Of a stretch of DNA of 64,000 nt, positions 30,971 to 39,680 are shown piece after piece; position 1 is the stretch's first letter; the number at the start of each line of letters is the position of its first letter. Source of the DNA: Candidatus Omnitrophota bacterium (lineage in GTDB: Bacteria; Omnitrophota; Gorgyraeia; Gygaellales; Profunditerraquicolaceae); assembly GCA_042570405.1 (NCBI GenBank), contig JBHPGR010000002.1, positions 5,992-69,991 of the forward strand. The letters are read 5' to 3'. Position numbers and translations under genes: made by a program. The notes beneath the pieces were generated by a model. It saw only the letters and a list, made by a program, of their open reading frames with translations. It was not told the origin of the DNA and searched no databases.

Positions 30971-33178
30971 ATGGTGAAACCGGATATATATCATTCCTTA
31001 GGTTTAAGCAATCAGGAATACAAGTCTATATTAAAGATTCTTAAGCGTAGGCCCACCAATACAGAGCTAGCGATGTTTTCCGTAGAGTGGTCTGAGCATT
31101 GCGGATACCCGCGTTCCCGTAGGTGGCTGGGGATTTTGCCTAAGACCGGTAAATACAAGACGTTGATAGGCGAAGATTCCGGAGGGATCATTCTTGATGG
31201 CTTGGCCATAATTTTTAAGATGGAGAGCCATAATCATCCCTCGCAGGTTGAACCGAAGCAGGGAGCGGCTACCGGAGTGGGAGGGATTATAAGGGATATA
31301 TTTACCGCCGGAGCCAGACCGATAGCACTATTAGATTCTTTACGTTTTGGGCCGTTGAATCAAGCGTATAATAAATACCTGTTTATGGGGGTGGTCGATG
31401 GAATCCAGTTTTACGGAAATTGCGTAGGCGTTCCCACAGTCGGCGGTGAGATCTACTTTGATTCAAGCTACACGGGAAATTGCCTGGTCAATGCGATGTG
31501 TATCGGCATTGCTAAGAAGGATAAGTTAGTCCGGGCACGTGCAAGCGGCTTAGGAAATTCGATTATCTATGTGGGTTCGAGCACCGGACGGGACGGCATC
31601 GGCGGATGCAGCATCCTTGCCTCGCGTGAATTTAAAGAAGGCGAAGAAAAGAGGCCGGCAGTGCAGATAGGAGATCCTTTCACAGAAAAGTGTTTGATCG
31701 AGTCGACTTTAGAGGCGATCAAGACAGGATATATAGTAGGGATTAAAGATATGGGGGCAGCAGGGCTTACTTGCTGCACCAGTGAAATGGCGTATGCGGG
31801 AAATTCCGGCATAGACATAGAATTACAGGCAATACCAAGAAGGGAAGAAAATATGCAACCCTGGGAATTAATGATGTCTGAGTCTCAGGAAAGGATGCTT
31901 ATCTGTGTAAAGAAGGGGAAGGAAGAGCAAATAAAGAAAATATTTTTAAAATGGGGACTGAATGCTTCTATTGTCGGTAAAGTGACCAAGGACGGTTTAG
32001 TCACGATTAGAGACAGCGGACAGATAGTCGCTCAGGTCCGGGCGCGCTCTTTAGCTCGGGCGCCAATATATGATATGCCTTACAGAAAACCGCGGCGTCT
32101 TAATAAACTAAATAAAATTGCGCTAAGCCAGATTCCAGAACCGAAAGATCTCAAACGGGCCTTATTAACGCTTATGGTTTCGCCATCCATCGCCAATAAG
32201 GCCTGGGTCTATGAACAGTACGACCATATGGTACAGACTAATACCGTAGTCTTACCCGGTTCGGACGCAGCGGTGCTCAGGCTAAAAGGGACAAATAAAG
32301 CAATAGCCGCTACCACCGATTGTAATAGCCGTTATTGTTTGCTTAATCCTTACCGGGGAGCACAGATCGCCGTAGCCGAGGCAGCGAGGAACTTGGTTTG
32401 TGCCGGCGCTCATCCTGCAGGGGTTAGCGATTGTCTTAATTTTGGCAATCCGGAAAAACCGGAAAGCTTCTGGTACTTTAAAAATTGCGTGAAAGGAATT
32501 CGGGATGCTTGCAAGTCATTTAATATTGCTGTGGTCAGCGGAAACGTCTCTTTCTATAATGAAAGCCCCAAGTCTGCTATAAATTCAACTCCTACTATTG
32601 GCATGATCGGTATTATCAATGACATAAAGAAATCCTGTACGCAGAATTTCAAACAGGATGGCGATGCGGTTATTCTTTTGGGTTATTGTAAAGAGGAACT
32701 GGGCGCAAGCGAGTATTTGAAAGAGGTCCATAATTTAACCAGAGGCGATGTTCCGCGATTGGATTTAGTATTAGAAAAAGCAGTTCAAGAAGCAACCCTT
32801 AAAGCGATAGAGAGGGGGGTTGTAAATTCAGCACACGATTGTTCCGAAGGAGGCTTAGCAGTAGCTCTGGCTGAATGTTGTATTTCAAATAGAGATAAGA
32901 TGATCGGGGCTAATATAAACAATTTAAATTATGAGATGAGAGCGGATACTTTGCTTTTTGGCGAGTCACAGTCTAGGATTATTCTTTCCTGTAATCAGGA
33001 TTCGGTGGGGAAAGTTAAAAAAATCGCCCAAGAATTTAAGGCACCTTTCTCAATCATCGGTAAGACTGGTGGCAATGCCCTCAGGATTATAAATAGTATA
33101 GAAGAGTTGATCTATTTACCGTTGGAAGTTTTATCTGAAGAATGGCACGGGTCTTTAAAGAGAAAAATCGAAGAGTAA
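30971..33178 (+). CDS. purL: phosphoribosylformylglycinamidine synthase subunit PurL
   Basis: It has the small-PurL pattern LGLSNQEYKSI...EWSEHCGY...ESHNHPS. The ATG at 30971 lies just after the purQ stop. The track uses a TTG at 30950. Confidence 0.93.
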   Translation: MVKPDIYHSLGLSNQEYKSILKILKRRPTNTELAMFSVEWSEHCGYPRSRRWLGILPKTGKYKTLIGEDSGGIILDGLAIIFKMESHNHPSQVEPKQGAATGVGGIIRDIFTAGARPIALLDSLRFGPLNQAYNKYLFMGVVDGIQFYGNCVGVPTVGGEIYFDSSYTGNCLVNAMCIGIAKKDKLVRARASGLGNSIIYVGSSTGRDGIGGCSILASREFKEGEEKRPAVQIGDPFTEKCLIESTLEAIKTGYIVGIKDMGAAGLTCCTSEMAYAGNSGIDIELQAIPRREENMQPWELMMSESQERMLICVKKGKEEQIKKIFLKWGLNASIVGKVTKDGLVTIRDSGQIVAQVRARSLARAPIYDMPYRKPRRLNKLNKIALSQIPEPKDLKRALLTLMVSPSIANKAWVYEQYDHMVQTNTVVLPGSDAAVLRLKGTNKAIAATTDCNSRYCLLNPYRGAQIAVAEAARNLVCAGAHPAGVSDCLNFGNPEKPESFWYFKNCVKGIRDACKSFNIAVVSGNVSFYNESPKSAINSTPTIGMIGIINDIKKSCTQNFKQDGDAVILLGYCKEELGASEYLKEVHNLTRGDVPRLDLVLEKAVQEATLKAIERGVVNSAHDCSEGGLAVALAECCISNRDKMIGANINNLNYEMRADTLLFGESQSRIILSCNQDSVGKVKKIAQEFKAPFSIIGKTGGNALRIINSIEELIYLPLEVLSEEWHGSLKRKIEE

Positions 33179-33181
33179 TAT

Positions 33182-34549
33182 ATGTGCGGGATATTCGGAG
33201 TTTATCCACATAAGGATGCAGCCAGACTTGCCTATTTAGGGCTTTATGCACTCCAGCATCGCGGAGAGGAAGCCAGCGGCATTGTCGCGCGTAACGGCAA
33301 TAAGGTTTATTTGCATAAGGCTCCCGGATTAGTCAGTGACGTTTTTAATGAAAAGATAATCCGCAGCCTGCGCGGAGAGATGGCGGTCGGCCACGTCAGA
33401 TACTCGACCACCGGCAGCAGCAACGCCAAGAATACCCAGCCGTTTTACGTAAAGACTAAGATCGGCGATGTGGCGATCGCCCATAACGGTAATCTTACTA
33501 ATAGCCTTGCGCTGCGCAGGAGATTACAGGATAACGGAGCTCTTTTCCAGACTACGATGGATTCGGAGATCATCGCCCATCTTTTGGCGCACAGTGCGAA
33601 GAAAACCAATCGGGAGGCGATGATTGACTCCCTGGCGCAGTTGGAGGGGGCATATTCGCTGGTGATTATGTTGCAGGATACACTGATCGGGGCAAGGGAT
33701 AGTTTTGGTTGGCGGCCGCTCTGCTTAGGGAAATTAGACGGGTCATATATTTTAGCAAGTGAGACCTGCGCCCTCGATCTGATCGGAGCGGAATATGTCA
33801 GGGATGTCCATCCGGGTGAGGTAGTATTTATAGATAAGGATAAACTTACATCAGCCAGGATTTCAGATAGTAAAAAGCGCTCCTTTTGCATATTCGAATA
33901 TATTTATTTTGCCCGTCCGGACAGCAATATCTTTGACCATAATGTATATTTGGCGCGTAAGGCGCTTGGCGAACAGTTAGCGATCGAATATCCTATCGAG
34001 GCTGACCTGGTGATACCGATACCGGATTCGGGAAATTTTGCCGCATTAGGCTTCGCGGAGAAATCAAGGATCCCATTTGATTTTGGGATGATCCGTAACC
34101 ATTATATAGGCAGGACTTTTATTCAACCCAGCCAGCTGGTCAGAGATTTCCGGGTCAAGGTGAAATTGAATCCCTTAAGGGAAGTGTTAAAAGGTAAGCG
34201 GATAATAGTAGTCGAAGATTCCATTGTGCGCGGGACGACCAGCCGGGCGCGAGTGCGGGCCTTGCGCGAGGCAGGGGCTAAAGAGGTACACATGCGCATC
34301 AGCTGTCCGCCCTTACGATACCCCTGTTTTTTTGGGATCGATTTTCCTACGCAAAAGGAATTAGTCGCTTCCAGCCATGAAATAGAATGGATCCGCGATT
34401 TTATCAGCGCCGACAGCCTTAAATATCTGAGCCTTGAAGGCATGCTTAAGGCGATGCCGATGGACAGGGAGAATTTCTGCACTGCCTGTTTTACGGGAGA
34501 ATACCCGATAAAGTTTCCCCGTCAACTCACCAAAACAATCCTCGAGTAA
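33182..34549 (+). CDS. purF: amidophosphoribosyltransferase
   Basis: It has the N-terminal nucleophile MCGIFGV and the PRPP motif VVEDSIVRGTT. Confidence 0.95.
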   Translation: MCGIFGVYPHKDAARLAYLGLYALQHRGEEASGIVARNGNKVYLHKAPGLVSDVFNEKIIRSLRGEMAVGHVRYSTTGSSNAKNTQPFYVKTKIGDVAIAHNGNLTNSLALRRRLQDNGALFQTTMDSEIIAHLLAHSAKKTNREAMIDSLAQLEGAYSLVIMLQDTLIGARDSFGWRPLCLGKLDGSYILASETCALDLIGAEYVRDVHPGEVVFIDKDKLTSARISDSKKRSFCIFEYIYFARPDSNIFDHNVYLARKALGEQLAIEYPIEADLVIPIPDSGNFAALGFAEKSRIPFDFGMIRNHYIGRTFIQPSQLVRDFRVKVKLNPLREVLKGKRIIVVEDSIVRGTTSRARVRALREAGAKEVHMRISCPPLRYPCFFGIDFPTQKELVASSHEIEWIRDFISADSLKYLSLEGMLKAMPMDRENFCTACFTGEYPIKFPRQLTKTILE

Positions 34550-34628
34550 TCCGGAATTATTTTTAATAGTAGTTTTTTTCTTTCGTGTTATAATATGAAC
34601 TTGTGTGTGACCGAAGGAGGAGGATAAG

Positions 34629-35282
34629 ATGGTAAAGATCTCTAAAAAGATAGGCTGGGAGATAGCAAAGAATACGCTTTTGCCGGTAATCGTGCTTTTT
34701 TCCTTTATCGGCGCTTATATAGCTTACCGGATCAAAATCCAGCCTTTTATCCCTGAACGGGTCCATTTGGATATCAGGAAGTATATAAGCACACTCCTGG
34801 TCGTCTGTGTAGCATTTATTCTGCACAGGATCGCAAGGGCGGTGGTGAACTGGTATAAGGAGAACGTCGCTGCAAAGACCGTCTCTCAGCTTGATGATGA
34901 CCTGATCCCTATCGTCAGCAGGACGCTAAAGATAGTGATCTGGGTGATAGCGTTATTAGTGATCCTTCCTTTTTATGGGGTAAATATCAGTGCCCTGATC
35001 ACTGCCTTGGGCGTAGGTTCTCTGGCTATAGCGCTGGCTGCCCAGGATACGATCGCCAATATAATAGCGGGATTTATGATCATGGTCGATCGTCCCTTTC
35101 GGATGGGGGACAGGATCAAGCTTGTGACAGGGGAGGTTGTCAAGGTATTGAATATCGGCGTCAGAAGGACGGAGTTTTTGGCTGAGGACGGATCGATCGT
35201 CATCCTCCCTAACGTTGACTTGAGCAGGAATAAGATCGTAAACTACACCTACGGGGAAGAGAGAAAAAGAAATGGCCTTTAA
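34629..35282 (+). CDS. mechanosensitive channel (MscS) family protein, short form
   Basis: 217 aa. It has 3-4 TM helices, the pore helix LGVGSLAIALAAQDTIANIIAGFMIMVDRPFRMGD, and a beta domain. It appears to lack the usual C-terminal alpha/beta domain. Confidence 0.65.
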   Translation: MVKISKKIGWEIAKNTLLPVIVLFSFIGAYIAYRIKIQPFIPERVHLDIRKYISTLLVVCVAFILHRIARAVVNWYKENVAAKTVSQLDDDLIPIVSRTLKIVIWVIALLVILPFYGVNISALITALGVGSLAIALAAQDTIANIIAGFMIMVDRPFRMGDRIKLVTGEVVKVLNIGVRRTEFLAEDGSIVILPNVDLSRNKIVNYTYGEERKRNGL

Positions 35283-35925
35283 GGGGGCGGTCTTTGACGT
35301 TGACGGAGTGCTAGTTGATACGGTGCCGCTGCATTTTAAGGCATGGAAGAAGATGTTCGCAGAATACGGGATAGATTTTAACTTTGAGGATTATAAGGCC
35401 AAGGTGGACGGGATCCCCCGCAATGACGGGGCAAGGGCGATCTTAACCGATTTAAGCGATGAGGAGCTTAAAAAGGCAGCAGCCAGGAAGCAGGATCATT
35501 TTCTTGAATTCATCGATAAGGAAGAGATCCCAGTATACGATTCTTCTGTAAGTCTGGTAAAAGAGATAAAAAAGCGCGGGAGGAAACTTGCATTTGCTTC
35601 ATCAAGCCGCAATTGCAAGAGAGTCTTGCAGCGTGTTGGCATAATCGAACTGGCTGATGCGGTCGTAGACGGAAACGATATTACAAAGGGAAAACCAGAT
35701 CCGCAGATATTTCAGATGGCAGCAGAACGCTTAGGCTGCGATTTTGGCGAGTGCGTTGTCTTTGAAGACGCTGTATTAGGCGTGGAGGCGGCAAAGAACG
35801 GTAATATGCTTTGCGTGGGGATAGACCGCTATAAAGATCCTGCGCGGCTTGCAAAGGCTGATCTTGTGGTCAGCGATCTCTCGGAGACGGACTATAATTC
35901 ATTAGAGGAGCTTTTTAATAAATGA
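35272..35925 (+). CDS. pgmB: beta-phosphoglucomutase (HAD superfamily)
   Basis: It has the HAD motif I FDVDGVLVDT and the motifs KGKPDP and FEDAVLGVEAA. It is adjacent to a GH65 phosphorylase. Confidence 0.8.
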   Translation: MAFKGAVFDVDGVLVDTVPLHFKAWKKMFAEYGIDFNFEDYKAKVDGIPRNDGARAILTDLSDEELKKAAARKQDHFLEFIDKEEIPVYDSSVSLVKEIKKRGRKLAFASSSRNCKRVLQRVGIIELADAVVDGNDITKGKPDPQIFQMAAERLGCDFGECVVFEDAVLGVEAAKNGNMLCVGIDRYKDPARLAKADLVVSDLSETDYNSLEELFNK

Positions 35926-38258
35926 AAGATTTTTATTCAAAATACACCGGAAAATATTCCTGGCTGATAAAGGAGGAGGGGTGGGTGAGGTCCCTTCAGG
36001 GGGTCAGGGAGACCCAGCTTGCATTGGGCAACGGCCTTTTAGGCAGCCGGGGGATCTTAGAGGAGCTTCCCTATGATGCAAAGCCGGGGACTTTTGTTGC
36101 CGGCTTATACGATGATGTCGCCTCGCAGGTGGATGAGCTGGTGAACTGGCCGAACCCCTTTAATTTTAAGCTTACCGCTGACGGTGAGAAGGTCGGCGTA
36201 GTGACGATGGATACCGTCAGCCACCGCAGGACCCTGAATTTAAAACACGGCCTGCTTTGCCGCCACACTGTTTTACAGGATACCAAGGCAAGAAAATACG
36301 ATTACCAGAGCATGAGATTTTTGTCGATGCATGATAAACGTGTCGGGGTGATGCAGGTAGTTTTTACGCCTTTGGACAGCGACGTAGTTATAAATATCGA
36401 AACAGGGATAGATACCTCTGTATATAACGCCGGGACCGTCACTGAGGGCCGTAAAAAACACTTCCGGGTAAGAGAGCTGGGGCAGTTTAAAAAAGAAGGC
36501 TTTTTGATCACGGAATCATTCGGCAGGCAGCATAAGGTCATATTCCGCAGCGGGCTTTATTATGTTACCAACGGCAGAAAGACTTATGCCAAGGATAATA
36601 TATTCGAATTAAAGCTGAAGAAGAACCAGACAGTCACATTTACCAAGACCTTTCATATATATGCCGCCTCTACAAATTCTGACCTTAAAGAGATAAAGAC
36701 CATATCTAGAAAGGGGTTCAGGGGGGCTTTTCAAAGCAGCTTTCAGTCTTTATTAAAAAAGCATATAAACGCCTGGGAGAAGCTCTGGGATACCGCGGAA
36801 GTAACTATCTGGGGCGACCCGGAGATAGAAAAGAATTTCAGGTTTAATATCTACCATCTTTTGATCTGCGCCCCGCAGGATCAGGGCCTGTCAAGTATCG
36901 GGGCAAAGGCGCTTACGGGTGAGGGTTACCGGGGGCATATATTCTGGGATACAGAGATATTCATGTTCCCCTTTTATTTATATACGCTTCCCAATGCGGC
37001 AAGAAATATGCTTTTGTACAGATATAAGAGGCTGGATTCAGCAAGGGAACTGGCTAAAAAATCAGGGTATAAGGGGGCGATGTTCCCCTGGGAATCTGCC
37101 TCTTCGGGGGAGGAAGAGACCCCTGCCTATGCCCGGGATCTAGACGGCAAGGTGATCCGCATACATACGGGAGAGTTGGAGCATCATATAACCGCAGACG
37201 TTGCCTATGCCTTTTATCATTATTATAACGCTACGCGCGATGAGAAGTTTATGAAGGAGTGCGGCTATGAGGTGTTTTTTGAAAGCGCAAGGTTCTGGGC
37301 CAGCCGCGTTGAATACAATAAGAAGAGGAAAAAATACGAGATAAAACACGTGATCGGCCCGGATGAGTTTCATAAAGACGTAGATAACAACGCCTTTACC
37401 AATATGGCGGCAAAGTGGAATCTTTTGACTGCCGAGAAGATGTTTTATAAACTAAAAAGGTCGGATGCTGCTACTTATAAAAGATTAAGCAAGGCCAGCC
37501 TGGGCGTATCCGCTGCGGAAGCGCGCCAATGGAAGAAGATCGCGGCGCGGATGTATATAAACATTAACCGCCAGCAGATAATCGAGCAGTTTGACGGTTA
37601 TTTTAAGAAGAAATACATAAGATTAAACGGCTGGGATGAGAATTCAGTCCCCACGCCGCCCAAGGGTTTGACGCCGCGAAGCTATGAAAAGACCCAGCTG
37701 GTTAAACAGGCGGATGTGTTGATGTTGATGTACCTTTTTATGGACGTCTTTAACTCTAAGAGTAAGAAGAATAATTACGAATATTATGTCAACCGCACCC
37801 TGCATAAGTCTTCCTTAAGCCTGCCGATCTATGCGCTGATGGCGATCGAGGTCGGCGACAGGGGCAGGGCTGTGCGTTATTTTAATTCAGCGCTGCATAT
37901 GGATATTAGTAATATCAACAGTAATACCGACCACGGCATCCATGCCGCCGCTATCGGGGCGACCTGGCAGGTATTGATCAACGGATTTTGCGGGGTGAGG
38001 ATCGAGAAGGAGCTGCTTCTAGTAAGGCCGAGATTAATGAAGACCTGGAGAAAGGTCCTTTTTAATATCCACTGGAGGGGAAGATTATTGAGATTTGAGA
38101 TAGATAATGACAGGGTGAAGGTGCAGGTTGTCTCGAAAATAAAGAGAAAATTCAAGATAAAGGTATTCGGCGCTTTCCGCGATTTATCGGCAAATAAAAG
38201 TTACATATTCTCAAGGACAAAGGCCGCAAGATCCGGGAGCAAGGATTATTATCTGTAA
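35922..38258 (+). CDS. glycoside hydrolase family 65 disaccharide phosphorylase (maltose/trehalose/kojibiose type)
   Basis: 778 aa. It has the GH65 catalytic-region pattern GEGYRGHIFWDTEIF and FPWESASSGEE. Substrate is not assignable. Confidence 0.85.
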   Translation: MKDFYSKYTGKYSWLIKEEGWVRSLQGVRETQLALGNGLLGSRGILEELPYDAKPGTFVAGLYDDVASQVDELVNWPNPFNFKLTADGEKVGVVTMDTVSHRRTLNLKHGLLCRHTVLQDTKARKYDYQSMRFLSMHDKRVGVMQVVFTPLDSDVVINIETGIDTSVYNAGTVTEGRKKHFRVRELGQFKKEGFLITESFGRQHKVIFRSGLYYVTNGRKTYAKDNIFELKLKKNQTVTFTKTFHIYAASTNSDLKEIKTISRKGFRGAFQSSFQSLLKKHINAWEKLWDTAEVTIWGDPEIEKNFRFNIYHLLICAPQDQGLSSIGAKALTGEGYRGHIFWDTEIFMFPFYLYTLPNAARNMLLYRYKRLDSARELAKKSGYKGAMFPWESASSGEEETPAYARDLDGKVIRIHTGELEHHITADVAYAFYHYYNATRDEKFMKECGYEVFFESARFWASRVEYNKKRKKYEIKHVIGPDEFHKDVDNNAFTNMAAKWNLLTAEKMFYKLKRSDAATYKRLSKASLGVSAAEARQWKKIAARMYININRQQIIEQFDGYFKKKYIRLNGWDENSVPTPPKGLTPRSYEKTQLVKQADVLMLMYLFMDVFNSKSKKNNYEYYVNRTLHKSSLSLPIYALMAIEVGDRGRAVRYFNSALHMDISNINSNTDHGIHAAAIGATWQVLINGFCGVRIEKELLLVRPRLMKTWRKVLFNIHWRGRLLRFEIDNDRVKVQVVSKIKRKFKIKVFGAFRDLSANKSYIFSRTKAARSGSKDYYL

Positions 38259-38276
38259 GAGGAGGAAGGTGTCAAG

Positions 38277-39455
38277 ATGAAAAAGAAGAGATTAAGCATA
38301 GCGCATTTTCACTGGGGATTTCCTCCGGTGATCGGCGGCGTTGAGACGCACCTTACGATAATCCTGCCGACATTTGTAGGTATGGGCCATAAGGTCAATC
38401 TTCTGACTTGCCCTTTTGAAGGGGTAAAGGCACGAGAAGATTACAAGGGCGTCGGGATCTTCCGCGAGCCGGTGATGGATCTGAACTGGTTGACCAAGAG
38501 GGGTACCCACGGGCTGATGGAGGAGGTAAGCGGCGCATTTAAGATTTTTGTCGATAAGGTAAAGCCGGATTGCCTGCACGCGCACAACATGCATTATTTC
38601 AGCAAGACCCATGCCTGGGCGTTGAAGAACATATCGATTAGAAAGGGGATACCGTTATTTTTGACTGCGCATAATGTCTGGGATGACAACCTATTTTTGG
38701 ACCTGACAAAGAATATCAAGTGGACGCACATCATCGCCGTAAGCCACTTCATAAAAAGGGAGATCATCGGCACCGGCTATGCCCATAAGAACATAACCGT
38801 AGTGCATCATGGCATAGACCACCGCCTTTATTCACCAGGTATAGACCCTGAGCCGGTATTTAAAAAATACCCGATCCTGCGCGGAAAAAAAATAGTCTTT
38901 CATCCGGCGCGTATGGGCCTGGCCAAGGGCTGCGATGTCAGCATTAAGGCGATGCATGTGATCAAGAGAAGGTTCCCCGGCGTCGTGCTTGTCCTGGCCG
39001 GCACAAAGAATATCATCGACTGGGCGCAGTCGCAGCAGAAGGATATTGCTTACATGGTAAGCCTGGTCAAATTCTTGAAATTAGAGAAGAATGTTTTGAT
39101 CGATTCCTTCAAGCTCAGTGATATGCCTAAGCTTTATGCTGCTTCTTCAGTCTGCGTTTATCCTTCAACCGCTTCCGAGCCGTTCGGCCTGACCATGCTT
39201 GAGGCATTAGCTTCTGCCAGACCGATGGTAGTCACCGAGGCAGGCGGGATGCCGGAGATAATTAAGGACGGCATCAATGGGTTTATCGTGCCGGTAAAAG
39301 ACTTCGAGTCTTTAGCATCCCGGGTTATCCAGCTTCTTGCCGATAACCAACTGAGGGAGAGGCTGGGCCAGACGGGAAGACAGATAGTGGAGCAGCAGTA
39401 CACCAAGGAGATCGTCGCCAATAACACCCTGGACCTCTACCGGAAATTCTGCTAA
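38277..39455 (+). CDS. glycosyltransferase family 4
   Basis: 392 aa. It has the GT-B fold with the E-x7-E region SEPFGLTMLEALASARPMVVTEAGG. Confidence 0.8.
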   Translation: MKKKRLSIAHFHWGFPPVIGGVETHLTIILPTFVGMGHKVNLLTCPFEGVKAREDYKGVGIFREPVMDLNWLTKRGTHGLMEEVSGAFKIFVDKVKPDCLHAHNMHYFSKTHAWALKNISIRKGIPLFLTAHNVWDDNLFLDLTKNIKWTHIIAVSHFIKREIIGTGYAHKNITVVHHGIDHRLYSPGIDPEPVFKKYPILRGKKIVFHPARMGLAKGCDVSIKAMHVIKRRFPGVVLVLAGTKNIIDWAQSQQKDIAYMVSLVKFLKLEKNVLIDSFKLSDMPKLYAASSVCVYPSTASEPFGLTMLEALASARPMVVTEAGGMPEIIKDGINGFIVPVKDFESLASRVIQLLADNQLRERLGQTGRQIVEQQYTKEIVANNTLDLYRKFC

Positions 39456-39505
39456 AACCAAAAAACGCTTCCAGATTCAAAGCCTGTGAGTAATTAAAAA
39501 AATCT

Positions 39506-39533
39506 TTGACATAATTAAAAAATCTAGTATACT
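39506..39533 (+). promoter_or_regulatory. sigma70-like promoter candidate for the carB leader
   Basis: TTGACA (39506-39511), a 16-nt spacer, then TATACT (39528-39533). Confidence 0.45.
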
Positions 39534-39572
39534 TATAGGTAGTCCAATAGCGTACTACTAAACAAAACAATG

Positions 39573-39615
39573 GCGTTTGGAGGCTGAGATTATCGGTGCT
39601 TCAAGCGCTTTTTTT
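39573..39615 (+). promoter_or_regulatory. carB leader attenuator (terminator hairpin + T-run), conserved with the pyrG leader
   Basis: GCGTTTGGA (39573-39581) pairs with TTCAAGCGC (39600-39608) over 9 bp, followed by 7 T. It is preceded by AACAATGGCG, as at pyrG. Confidence 0.55.
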
Positions 39616-39680
39616 GTAAGTTTTACCAGGGATTTATTATTTAATCAACAGCAGTATAAAACTTCTCGCAGGAGGAGAGC

